Of a stretch of 64,000 nt of DNA, positions 11,121-21,153 are shown piece after piece. Source of the stretch: an uncultured Planctomycetaceae bacterium (lineage in GTDB: Bacteria > Planctomycetota > Planctomycetia > Isosphaerales > Isosphaeraceae). The translations under genes were made by a program, and so were the position numbers. The notes below the pieces were generated by a model. That model searched no databases. It worked only from the letters and a program-made list of their open reading frames with translations, and was not told where the DNA came from. Location: positions 5,088,001 through 5,152,000 of the forward strand of contig CAWIAD010000002.1 of the NCBI GenBank assembly GCA_963833985.1, written 5' to 3'. The stretch's first letter is position 1; each line of letters begins with the position of its first letter.

Positions 11121-11467
11121 TTGAGTTCCTCGTCGACCAGAACTTCAACGAGGACATTGTGGACGGCCTCACCCGCCTCGACCCGAATTTGCAACTGATC
11201 CGGGTGCGCGACGTTGGGTTGGCGGCAGCCACCGACCCGACGATCCTGGAATGGGCCGCCGTACACGGCCTGGTACTGCTGACACACGATCGTCGAACGA
11301 TTCCTGCCTACGCTCACTCGCGGGTGGCTGTGGGCTTGCCAATGCCCGGTGTTTTCCTGGTCGATAACGAGTTGCCGGTCGGTCAGGCGATCGACGAATT
11401 GGTCATTGCCGCCCATTGCCTCTCCGAAGACGATTGCAGGAACCTTGTGAGGTATTTTCCGATGTGA
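11117..11467 (+). CDS. DUF5615 PIN-like (VapC45-like) toxin
   Basis: FLVDQN...VRDVGL.AATDPTILEWAA.HGLVLLTHD motif; GTGA overlap with the antitoxin stop. Confidence 0.85.
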   Translation: MIEFLVDQNFNEDIVDGLTRLDPNLQLIRVRDVGLAAATDPTILEWAAVHGLVLLTHDRRTIPAYAHSRVAVGLPMPGVFLVDNELPVGQAIDELVIAAHCLSEDDCRNLVRYFPM

Positions 11468-11490
11468 CGAACAGGCCCGGACCGAGGCGC

Positions 11491-12147
11491 TCACCACCTG
11501 AGCTCTTCGTGCCCGGCTTCCTCCAAGTTGGCCGCCCTCCAGTCGGCACCGGCCGAGGCAAGCTTCTCCGCGGAAAAGGATGTGGTGATCCCGAGGCAAC
11601 GACTCCCTGCGGCCTTTGCTGCCGTGACGCCCGAGACGGCGTCTTCGATCACGAGACAATGACTCGGTTCCAGCCCCAACCGGCGGGCGGCTTCGAGGAA
11701 GATATCGGGGGCGGGCTTCTTGCGAGCGATGTCCTCGCCGACGACCACGGCGACGAAGGTTCCGGACGGGAGCCCGAGCTGACGCAGGTTCCCCTCCACC
11801 TTCATACGATCGGCGCTGGAAGCTACGGCCAGCTTCAAACCCCGGGAGCGGCACCTCGCAATGAAGCTCGCCACTCCAGGAAGCGGTTCCAGCCGGCCCT
11901 CGATGAGCCCGAGATAAATCTCGTAGGTCCGGATCTTGTCGCGCGGCATCTCCAGGACCACGCCGCGCGCCTCGGCCACGCCGCCCAGGAACCGGTCCTC
12001 ACCCATGCCGATGAACGGGCGGAAATCGTCGTGCTGGACCACGACCCCCTTCTCCGCGAACATCCGCACGGCCGCCTCGGCAATAAACGGCTCGGAGTCG
12101 ACGAGCACGCCGTCCATGTCGAAGATCACACCGGCCAGGGTACGCAT
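11491..12147 (-). CDS. HAD-superfamily phosphatase (beta-PGM/CbbY-like)
   Basis: IFDMDGVLVDSE, AVASS, KKPAPDIF, VIEDAVSG motifs. Confidence 0.92.
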   Translation of the reverse strand: MRTLAGVIFDMDGVLVDSEPFIAEAAVRMFAEKGVVVQHDDFRPFIGMGEDRFLGGVAEARGVVLEMPRDKIRTYEIYLGLIEGRLEPLPGVASFIARCRSRGLKLAVASSADRMKVEGNLRQLGLPSGTFVAVVVGEDIARKKPAPDIFLEAARRLGLEPSHCLVIEDAVSGVTAAKAAGSRCLGITTSFSAEKLASAGADWRAANLEEAGHEELRW

Positions 12148-12686
12148 GTTCTCGTCGCCTGCCAGATGAGCCGGACCGCCCAAGATCACCTCCAGAACAG
12201 AGTGTCCATCGGAACTTGCCTGCCTTGGCATTTGATTCTAGCAAGCCCAGCCGCACCCACGCAGCAAGATGGAGCCACACCGGGGCCGAACCGTCGCGCT
12301 GAGGGCGAGCCAGCCTTCATGAGCGTGCCAGACCCATCCCTGACAAACCCTCCGGACGGACACGATCTGATCGTAAACTCATTATGACGGGATCGTTCGG
12401 CAAGTCGCTGACGGTCTCCTTCTGGGGCCGGACGAAATGGGATCTCGCGTGGTGGAGTCGCGCATACCGGCGCTGGTGGTTCGCAGAAGTTGCCTGTAGC
12501 GAAGCCAATAAGGAACGCTCCAAGTTGTTGTCTTCAAAAAAGTAACGTCCGATGGCTTTGATGTTCCCGAGGCGGAACGAACCCATTCGCCAGGGCCACG
12601 GAGGTTGTCGATCCGTACGACGCCGCGCCATCGTACCGCCTGGCCAGGAGGTGGCTGGCCGAGCGGAAGCGAGCCGGCGTGAGCAA

Positions 12687-14303
12687 TCAATGAGGGTCGA
12701 GGTGCGAGGCCACCGCGGCCATCATCTCGCGGTCAAGCCGACGTGCCAGTTCCCCGTCGAGAATGGTGCCATGGTCGCGATTGGGGATGATCTCGACCAC
12801 GGCATCGCTCTTGAGCCGCTCCAGCTCGTCTTTGAGAAGCTGGACGGCTCCCTCGAGGTAGAAGGTGTCCATGCCGCCGGTGATCACATGAATCTTGCCG
12901 CGCAGCCTGGGACCGCGATCGTTCCAGTTCCGGTGCAGGACCAGGCGGATGTCGTAAGCCTCCCATGCTCGGGCGACTTCCGGATCGATGGCGCCGGTGT
13001 CCCGGTTCCACAGCTTACGCGGCTGACCATCGCTACCCGGCGGACTGAAGACCGCCTCGAACGAGCCGAGCTGTCCGCCAGGTCCGAGGGTCTCCTCCAG
13101 CTTCGAGAAGCGGTCGTAAAAGATGGCGGGGACAGTCCCCATGCGCGCGATCGGCCGGCTCTTGCCCTCGCGATCGCGGAACATGTTCTCACCTGTTTCG
13201 TAAATATTGATCTTCTGGAAGTCACGAAAGTCAACAGGGTCGGGGCTGGTGGACCAGGTGCCGCCAAAGAAATCGGGATACGTCACCTGGAGCCAGAGGC
13301 TGCTCCATCCTCCCGAGGAATGGCCGTTGAGCAGGCGCGCTCGCGGGTCCGCGATGAGCGGATACGTCTTCTCCAGATAGGGAATGAACTCCTCGATGAG
13401 GGCGCGGCCGCGCGGGCCGTTGCTGGCGCTGTCGGCGAAAACGTGGTGCCCCGTACCGCAGTCAGGGTCGAGCACCACCCGCACAAGGTTTCCGGCGTAA
13501 CTCATCCGGGTGCTGCTGATGAACACCCTGGCCATGTGATGATCGCCGCCGAACCCGGGAATGATGTAGACCGCGGGCAATTTCTTCTTCGGCAGCCTTT
13601 CCGGCAGGATCACCGCGGCACGATGCTTGATCGGCCGATGATAAAAGGCGCTCAGAAGCGGGCTCTCCAGCTCGGCGAGCTTGATGCGATCGCTCTCCGC
13701 GAACGGGCGGGGTGGAACGAGCCGGTCGACCTCCAGAGTGATCGTACGGGTCGTCCGGGGATCGATGGCTGCCTGCACGACGGGCCCGTAGGCATTTCCC
13801 TCACCCGTGCCCAGGCTGTGCGTATCCGGGTTGAGACGCACCACGGCCTGAATGGCGTAGTCTCCTGCCGGCAGAGTATCGAGGGGGCCGGGGTAACCGC
13901 TGGCGGCCGAATCGATCCGGACCGGTCTTGCTGGCTTCCAGTCCCGGACATCGCTCGCGAAGAACGGATGCGGCTGGAACCAGTCAGGCCCAAGGCGCGG
14001 CTCGGGTCCCGACTTGCCGGGCCTCAGGAACACGTACACGCGGCCCGTGATCGGCCGCGACCCCAGTATTGCCGGATAGCCGACCTCGAATGCGAGTGCC
14101 GTCCGCGCTGCGGTCTTGCCACCTGCCGCGTCGGTTCTCGAATCCGGCGCCGGGGCCGGAGTCTTCACGACCTGCGCGGGGACCGATCCGGCCCAAGAGC
14201 CCGGAGCGAGGATTGCGAGCAGTGCCACACTCCAGGCGGCTCGTCGTTGTCGGCCGCCCGGTCGAGCGGGCCCGGTGAGGGAATGAGGCAATCTCCGTGG
14301 CAT
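12687..14303 (-). CDS. Secreted alpha/beta-hydrolase (putative esterase)
   Basis: GHSSGG nucleophile elbow, DTFYL acid region, RDH; N-terminal signal-like segment. Confidence 0.8.
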   Translation of the reverse strand: MPRRLPHSLTGPARPGGRQRRAAWSVALLAILAPGSWAGSVPAQVVKTPAPAPDSRTDAAGGKTAARTALAFEVGYPAILGSRPITGRVYVFLRPGKSGPEPRLGPDWFQPHPFFASDVRDWKPARPVRIDSAASGYPGPLDTLPAGDYAIQAVVRLNPDTHSLGTGEGNAYGPVVQAAIDPRTTRTITLEVDRLVPPRPFAESDRIKLAELESPLLSAFYHRPIKHRAAVILPERLPKKKLPAVYIIPGFGGDHHMARVFISSTRMSYAGNLVRVVLDPDCGTGHHVFADSASNGPRGRALIEEFIPYLEKTYPLIADPRARLLNGHSSGGWSSLWLQVTYPDFFGGTWSTSPDPVDFRDFQKINIYETGENMFRDREGKSRPIARMGTVPAIFYDRFSKLEETLGPGGQLGSFEAVFSPPGSDGQPRKLWNRDTGAIDPEVARAWEAYDIRLVLHRNWNDRGPRLRGKIHVITGGMDTFYLEGAVQLLKDELERLKSDAVVEIIPNRDHGTILDGELARRLDREMMAAVASHLDPH

Positions 14304-14392
14304 GAGGCACACCTCAATTCGAATCGAAGGGGAATCGGAAGGCAAGCTGCGACGCGTCGTGGGACCGCTGCCGGAGGACGTTCCTCCGCCCC

Positions 14393-14977
14393 TCACGGAC
14401 CGAGCAATACGGGTACGGGCAAGAGCGGGTAGTCCTTCAGCAGCAGCTCCGGGGAGAAGCGGGACACCGCCGTGAAGTGACGTGCCGCGAGGCGCGCCGA
14501 TCCCATCACACATTCCTTCTCCAGGACGTAATAAGTATTGTATTGATCAATCGTTTGATTGGTCGGCTCGAGGTTCAACTTCCACAGGAAGTCCGTCCAG
14601 CGCGCATTGAACCGCTGCACGCTGGCGACCAGGTCGCGGGCCACGGCCCGCTGGCGGCGAATGCTGACGCCGATCTCTGCCCACTCGGGCGGGTCGAGGT
14701 CCGCAAGCCGCCAGAGCGAATCAATGGGTGCAGTGAAGACGTCGCGTCCGTCATCGGGCCCGGTCGCCACGCGCGACCACTGCCGCAGCCTGAGTTTGAC
14801 CATCTCCAGGAGCCGCTTTCGCTCTGTGGCGCATCGGGCGTGAACGCGCCGCAGGGCGTGCTCCAGGTCCTGGCCGCGCCGGGCGAACGCCGGAACGTCG
14901 AACAGTCCGAGCAGCTCCTTGATCTCGGAGTCCACGCTCACCGAAGGCCCGGCATCGAGGGCGTCCTCCTCGTTCAT
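14393..14977 (-). CDS. Hypothetical protein
   Basis: 194-aa ORF with GC-typical codon use, co-oriented with its neighbours. Confidence 0.65.
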   Translation of the reverse strand: MNEEDALDAGPSVSVDSEIKELLGLFDVPAFARRGQDLEHALRRVHARCATERKRLLEMVKLRLRQWSRVATGPDDGRDVFTAPIDSLWRLADLDPPEWAEIGVSIRRQRAVARDLVASVQRFNARWTDFLWKLNLEPTNQTIDQYNTYYVLEKECVMGSARLAARHFTAVSRFSPELLLKDYPLLPVPVLLGP

Positions 14978-15137
14978 CCGGATGCCCTTCCGCCAGCAAG
15001 ATCCGGCGCGGCGGATGGGGGCGCGCTGGTGCTCGCCCGCAGCAGTGGGGTGGCTGATGGCACGTGGAACAGGCCAGATGGCAAAGGGTGCCTGCCAGGG
15101 CCAAGATAATCAACACCTTTCGCGTGCATCATTCCGA

Positions 15138-16719
15138 TCATTTTCCGCGTGGGGGTGGTTCCGGAAGTGTCACCAGCGTATTGAGGCTGCGGCGATAGTG
15201 CCAGAGCTGGTGCTGGGTCCCCACGGCCGCGGTGCGCCGCGTCCACGCCTGCGACAGCTCGCGCAGGGCTATTTGTGGATCGCTGCCCGAGAGCGCGGCA
15301 ACACGCGCTTTCGCGAGGTCCTGGAGGTAGAGTTGGGCATCCGGGATCCGCAGCCCCGGGACGACCCTTTCGGCCATGAGAGTCCGGCTGATGGCATCGG
15401 ACCATTGATGGGAATCGACGTCGGGTGCGGAAATCGGGTCCGGCAGGCCGCGGCCCATCTGAGAGCCTGCGCACCGGCACCATGGAGAAGCTGGCCTCTG
15501 AGCGGAGACGATTGGCGTTATCGGGGCTTGCCAGATAGCGTGCCAGGTCAAGTGCGGCGTCGAGCCGCTGGCCGGATAGCCCCCGCTTGATTCCCACCAG
15601 CCAGCCTCCGCCGTGAGGCAGGTAGCTCGGCGCGTTGGGTTCCGACGGAGTCTCCCACTGCTTCCGCTGGGGCTCGAAGACCCGTTCCGATCCGGGCAAA
15701 GGCGCAACACCCACGGGATGCCCCCCCGACCAGGCGCGAAACTGCTCCGCCCGGTCGATCAGCAACGCGACCTTGCCAGTGCGAAAGGCCGCTCGGGCGG
15801 CCGGCCCGTCGAATGTATTGCTGCCCGCGGGCCCCATACGCTTCCAGGCCAGCACGCCGCGCAGGGCTTCCACGAACGGCGGCTCATCGATCCGCGGCGC
15901 CATGGACTCGGCATCGAACAGAAAGGAATACTGGTCACGATGCTGACCCAGGGCCGCGGCTCGGGCCAGGAAGGTTGCGTTTCCCAGGCCCTCGGCATCC
16001 TGGTCCAGGACCGCGGCAATGCCGTGATCGGCGGCTCCATCGCCGCTCCAATCGCGGCCCTCGAAGAACGCGGCCAGCGCGTCCAGTTGAGCCCAGGTCG
16101 AGGGAGCCTGAAGCGCGACCCCCGCCTGCCGCGCCGCGTCGAGATTCGCCGGACGGGAAAATGCGTCACGGCGATAGATCAGGACAAGTGCAGACCCTCC
16201 CAGCGGCAGGGCCATCCGGTCGCTGCCATACTTCGTCACCTGTTCGCGAAACGCAGGAGCAATGTCCCGGTACTGGAAGAGCTCGACAGGAGACTCTTCC
16301 GCGGGCTCGCTCCGCACCGTCCTCGCGGGCTCGCCTTCCGGCGGAGGCGGAGGCAGGACGGCCTGGTTGGGGATGGACTCGAGTGCCTGGGAATCCACCA
16401 GCCTCCCCATCTCCTGGCCCGGGAAGATGAGCAGATCAAGCTCGCCGAGGTTCACGACGACCTCGTTCCGGATCTCGATCTTGCCTCCGCGTGAAGCTTC
16501 CCACTCTCCGCGCTGCGCTGAGAGACCCGTCAGGATCGCGGGCTCACCCAGGCTGCCGACGGTAAGCTCGACTCCTGGAAACCGTGGTTTCTCCGCGGTA
16601 TCTGGTCTGACCTGGTTCGCGTCCGAGCAACCGTTCGCAGCAAGAAGGCACAAGCTTGCCAGCATCAAGACCGGCCGCGTCGTCAGCAATGAGATCAAGC
16701 GAAAGGGCAATCGAAACAT
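15138..16719 (-). CDS. ABC-type sugar extracellular solute-binding lipoprotein (frameshift near 15465)
   Basis: AANGC lipobox-like; ALPLGGSALVLIYRRDAF, PSTWAQLDALA, GGGWLVGI motifs; continues in another frame to ...QLWHYRRSLN. Confidence 0.75.
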
Positions 16720-16847
16720 CCCGGGCTCCTGGCAGTCAGTTCGCGATCACTCAATCGTAATGGGCCGCGCCGCGGTCGGTCAATTCGCCGATGTCGGGTG
16801 TGGGGCGGTGGCAGGAGTAGGGACCAAGGCGAGATGAGACGGCAACG

Positions 16848-16883
16848 AAAAAGGGCGAGGAACCCCGAAAGGTTCCCCGCCCC
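16848..16883 (-). terminator. Intrinsic terminator
   Basis: Minus strand GGGCGGGGAACC-TTTCGG-GGTTCCTCGCCC-TTTTT, after the 16929 stop. Confidence 0.75.
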
Positions 16884-16928
16884 GTCTCTTGATGCCGAAC
16901 CCAGGTGCGCCGAGTGCATCGCGCCGGC

Positions 16929-17612
16929 CTAATGGTCGATGCCCAGCCGGTAAAGCAGTTCCTCGAACTGATCGCGATGCTCATCATCGGTCGAGTGCAG
17001 GTGCTCGGCCTCCGAGATGAAGCGCAGAGTGTCGTCGCGCTTGAGGCCGTGCTGGAGCAAGACCTCCTCGAAGGGCTCGAGGTCGTGAGCGTAAACGAAC
17101 AGCAGCTTGTGCTCGTCGAACTGAACCTCCATGGGTCCGCTGGGATTCAGCGCGGCCAGGCCGGCGCAGCCGTCGTTGAGGAGGAGCGATTCGTAGTCGA
17201 AGAGGTGGCTCTTGAGAATCACCGTGTCGATGTGCTCACGATACATGTCCGCGTGGGAGCCCGGCTCTGACTCGTGGCTCGATTCCATGACCACGTCGAC
17301 CACTTCACCGAGGGGATCAAGCAGGTCCACGAAGACGTCGAAGAGACGCTCGGCCGAGACCGACGCGGCAAGTACCGGCATCTTGTTGCCGGTTTCGGGG
17401 TCGCTGTAAACGTCGCGGCGATAGCCCTCGCGCGGGACCACCTCCAGCCCGATGGACGGGCGCACGGCGTCCGTCAGCAAAAAGTCCCCGTAACGTCCGA
17501 CGCGGAGATGAGCATCAAGCTGTTCCTCACTGAGGTCGTCAAAGGTTGTGCGGGGCATGCGCGTGGGATTGTTGCGAAGAACACGCTCGAGGAAGCGTTG
17601 AATGAAACTCAT
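16929..17612 (-). CDS. Conserved hypothetical protein
   Basis: MSFIQRFL start preceded by AGGAGGG RBS; globular acidic composition (EVQFDEHKLL); followed by a terminator. Confidence 0.75.
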   Translation of the reverse strand: MSFIQRFLERVLRNNPTRMPRTTFDDLSEEQLDAHLRVGRYGDFLLTDAVRPSIGLEVVPREGYRRDVYSDPETGNKMPVLAASVSAERLFDVFVDLLDPLGEVVDVVMESSHESEPGSHADMYREHIDTVILKSHLFDYESLLLNDGCAGLAALNPSGPMEVQFDEHKLLFVYAHDLEPFEEVLLQHGLKRDDTLRFISEAEHLHSTDDEHRDQFEELLYRLGIDH

Positions 17613-18380
17613 GGAAAGGGCTCCCCTCCTAAACCGCGTCGTACTAAAGGGAATGTTTCGATGAATGTCCTCGGCCACCGCGCCAAGCGGTCCTGGAGCT
17701 TGCACTCCAGGCTTGACCATCCCAGGCGTCCGCTTGACACCGCGCCCAAAGGGAGCCGAAACCCACCCCCGGGGACGGTCGCCTTTCCGTTGGCAACGCT
17801 TCACTGCCGCTCTGGTTACTATACCATGCGTGGCACCCGCATCCCGCCTATGTTGCCAACCTTACTGAAGTGAACTCAAGGATAAGATCGTTGTCCGCAG
17901 GTAATGCGTCAGAATCTCCCTAATTCGTATCCCATCCCGCCTTCGGTTTCCAGTTGGTGGACACCACAAGCAATTCAGATACCGCACTCGCGCTCTGTGC
18001 GGGAAGAACCGTCGTCCGGCCCGTTCCCACAAAAACTTGAGTCAAGTTTTGGAAAATATGAACCCTGGCCGGGAATAGTCAACCCTTCGAATTCCGTGGC
18101 TCTATTTTGTAAAGCTTGCCGGGGGGACCACAAGCCTTCGGATCGAAAAAACAACGCGCGTGGATTCCGTGAAGCAAGCCGGCAGGCAACGGACGGCGAG
18201 ACGAGCACGGTGGCCCGTACCCGAGGAGTCGCTCTGCCTAAGCACGCGTGATATACTGAGTCGACCCTCGGTTCAGGCCGATTTCGCGGTGCCGTCAAGC
18301 CGCTCGCGTGAAGCGTTGCGGCCTCATGGTGAGGGCACCAGAACTCCTGATTTGCCAGGTACTTGGAAAGGTGGTTGCTG

Positions 18381-19757
18381 ATGGCGCTCGAGCCAGTCGA
18401 CACGTTTCTCCAGAAGCATCGTGACGATTTCGAGGCACAGCTCAAGGACCTGATCCGGATTCCCAGCATCAGCGCCCAGCCGGATCACGACGGCGACACC
18501 GCGCGGGCGGCCACCTTCGTACGTGATGATCTGGCGGCGATGGGGCTGAAGGCCGAGCTGATCACGACCAGACGCCATCCCCTGGTCTACGCGGAATGGC
18601 TCGGCGCTCCGGGCAAGCCCACGGTACTGGTTTACGGCCATTACGACGTCCAGCCTCCGGAGCCGCTGGAACCCTGGCTCACGCCGCCCTTCGAGCCGAC
18701 GATCCGCGACGGGAACCTCTACGCCCGGGGCGCCACCGACGACAAGGGCCAGATGTTCACCCACCTGAAGGCGGCCGAGGCCTGGCTGAAGACCGCAGGC
18801 AAGCTACCGGTGAATGTGAAGTTCCTCATCGAGGGAGAGGAAGAAATCGGCGGGGCCAATCTCGAGGAGTATGTGGCAGCCAATCCGGCCCGGCTTGCAT
18901 GCGACTATGCGGTGATCTCCGACACCAGCCAGTTTGCGCCCGGGATGCCAGCCATCACCTATGGACTGAAGGGACTGGCTTACTTCGAGATTCAGGTTCA
19001 GGGTCCCAATCGCGACCTTCATTCCGGCACCTACGGCGGCGCAGTGGCCAACCCGCTCAATGCCCTGGCCACGATCCTGGCAAGTTTGAGGGGCCCTGAC
19101 GGCAAGGTCCGCGTTGCAGGTTTTTATGACGCCGTCAAGCCGCTCGAAGCATGGGAGCGTGCCGAGTTCGCCAAGCTGCCGTTCTCCGAGGACGCGTTCC
19201 TGGCCGACCTGGCTGCGCCAGAACTTGTTGGAGAGGAAGGCTACACCACGCTCGAGCGGAAATGGGCCCGGCCGACTTGCGACGTCCACGGGCTCTTCGG
19301 TGGTTACTCCGGCCCCGGACCGAAAACAGTCCTACCCTGCAAGGCCGGCGCCAAGTTCAGCTTCCGGCTGGTGCCCGACCAGGACCCCAGGACGATCGGC
19401 GAGCTTGTGCGGGCCCACCTTCGCAAGGTCGCTCCGCCAGGCGTGACGGTGGAGCTGATCACTCACCAGGGAGCGCCCGCCGTCCTGGTGAACGTCGATA
19501 CGCCGGGTGTTCGCGCCGCCGTGCGGGCGATCGAGACCGGCTTCGGAACCAGGCCGGTGTTCATCCGCGAGGGTGGATCCATTCCGGTCGTCGGGCTGCT
19601 CAAGCAACATCTCAAGGTCGACACGCTGCTTCTGGGCTGGGGCCAGAACGACGACAATCTGCACGGACCCAACGAGAAACTCTCCCTGGCCGATTTCCAC
19701 AAGGGCATCAGGGCCAGCGCTCATCTGCTCCAGGAGCTCGCCAGCGAACCGGCCTGA
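18381..19757 (+). CDS. M20 family dipeptidase (ArgE/DapE-like)
   Basis: YGHYDVQP, ARGATDDKGQ, IEGEEE, DLHSG, LHGPNE motifs. Confidence 0.92.
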   Translation: MALEPVDTFLQKHRDDFEAQLKDLIRIPSISAQPDHDGDTARAATFVRDDLAAMGLKAELITTRRHPLVYAEWLGAPGKPTVLVYGHYDVQPPEPLEPWLTPPFEPTIRDGNLYARGATDDKGQMFTHLKAAEAWLKTAGKLPVNVKFLIEGEEEIGGANLEEYVAANPARLACDYAVISDTSQFAPGMPAITYGLKGLAYFEIQVQGPNRDLHSGTYGGAVANPLNALATILASLRGPDGKVRVAGFYDAVKPLEAWERAEFAKLPFSEDAFLADLAAPELVGEEGYTTLERKWARPTCDVHGLFGGYSGPGPKTVLPCKAGAKFSFRLVPDQDPRTIGELVRAHLRKVAPPGVTVELITHQGAPAVLVNVDTPGVRAAVRAIETGFGTRPVFIREGGSIPVVGLLKQHLKVDTLLLGWGQNDDNLHGPNEKLSLADFHKGIRASAHLLQELASEPA

Positions 19758-19795
19758 TCGGCCGCGGCGCGGACTTGGACAATCAAGGTACACCC

Positions 19796-21088
19796 ATGCT
19801 CGATCTCAAATACGTCATCGCCAATACCGAAGCCGTACGGCAGAACTGCCGCAACCGCAACGTCCCTGCCGAGGCTCTCGAAGATATCGATCGCGTGGTC
19901 GCGCTCGAGTCCGAGCGGAAGACCTTGCTGTCGGCCGTTGAAGAGATCCGCCGCCGCCAGAACGAAGTCGCCCAGGCCACCGGGCGGGAAAAGGATGCAG
20001 AGAAGCGCGCCGCACTCATCGACGAGGGGAAGCGTCTCAAGGGAGAGGTGAGCGACCAGGAAGACCAGCTGCGCGTCATGGACGATGAGATCCGCCAGCG
20101 GCTGCGCAGGGTCCCCAATCTGACACACCCCGACGCTCCGGTCGGGCTTTCCGAGAACGACAGTCGTGAGCTGCGCCGAGTCGGCGCTCCGCGCACCTTC
20201 GATTTTCCCGTCAAGGACCATGTCGAGCTCGGCAAATCGCTCGACCTGATCGACTTCGAGACGGGGGGCAAGGTGGCCGGCACGGGGTTTTACTTCCTCA
20301 AGAACGATGCCGTGCTCCTGGAACTGGCGCTCCAGCAATTTGCCGTCCGAACGCTGATCGACGCCGGCTTCACTCCGATCATCACGCCCGACCTGGCCCG
20401 CAACAGCATCCTCGAAGGCATCGGCTTCACGCCCAGGGGCGAAGAGACTCAGGTCTACTCGATCGAGGAGAGCGATCTCAGCCTGGTGGGAACCGCGGAG
20501 ATCACCCTGGGCGGCATGCTGGCTGATGAACTGCTCGAGGAGAGCCAATTGCCCATCCGTTACGTGGGGTTGTCCCATTGCTTCCGCACCGAGGCCGGCG
20601 CGGCGGGGCGCGCCAGCCGGGGATTGTACCGGGTGCACCAGTTCTCGAAGGTGGAGATGTTCGCGTTCACCACGCCGGAAGCCTCGGGGCAGGTGCACGC
20701 CGAGATGCTGGCGATCGAGGAGCAAATCTTCCAGGCACTGGGCATCCCCTACCGGGTTCTGGATATCTGCACCGGCGACCTGGGCGGCCCGGCCTACCGC
20801 AAGTTCGACCTGGAAGCCTGGATGCCCGGCCGGGGAGACGCGGGCGAGTACGGCGAGGTCACCAGTACCTCCGACTGTACCGACTACCAGGCCAGGCGGC
20901 TCAATATTCGCTACAGGCCAGCCGGCCAGAAGGGAACGCGGCTGGTGCACACGCTCAACGGCACGGCCGTCGCCATCTCGCGGGCCCTGATCGTGATCCT
21001 CGAAAACTACCAGCGCAGCGATGGCCTCATCGACGTTCCCGTCGTTCTCAGACCCTTCCTCGGAAGAGACCTGATCGGCAGGACGTGA
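19796..21088 (+). CDS. serS: Serine--tRNA ligase
   Basis: MLDLK N-terminal coiled coil, GTAE, FRTEAG..GLYRVHQFSKVE, EVTSTS.CTDYQARRL, HTLNGT. Confidence 0.97.
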   Translation: MLDLKYVIANTEAVRQNCRNRNVPAEALEDIDRVVALESERKTLLSAVEEIRRRQNEVAQATGREKDAEKRAALIDEGKRLKGEVSDQEDQLRVMDDEIRQRLRRVPNLTHPDAPVGLSENDSRELRRVGAPRTFDFPVKDHVELGKSLDLIDFETGGKVAGTGFYFLKNDAVLLELALQQFAVRTLIDAGFTPIITPDLARNSILEGIGFTPRGEETQVYSIEESDLSLVGTAEITLGGMLADELLEESQLPIRYVGLSHCFRTEAGAAGRASRGLYRVHQFSKVEMFAFTTPEASGQVHAEMLAIEEQIFQALGIPYRVLDICTGDLGGPAYRKFDLEAWMPGRGDAGEYGEVTSTSDCTDYQARRLNIRYRPAGQKGTRLVHTLNGTAVAISRALIVILENYQRSDGLIDVPVVLRPFLGRDLIGRT

Positions 21089-21153
21089 GAGCCGGGGTAC
21101 CGCGGAAGTGACATGAGGCCGAGCAGAGGCTGCGTTGATCGCGAGGTAGGCCC

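Noticed and set aside
12317..12690. Two overlapping roughly 100-aa minus-strand ORFs between the esterase and HAD genes
   Set aside because: No recognisable motif, RBS or typical composition; left unannotated.
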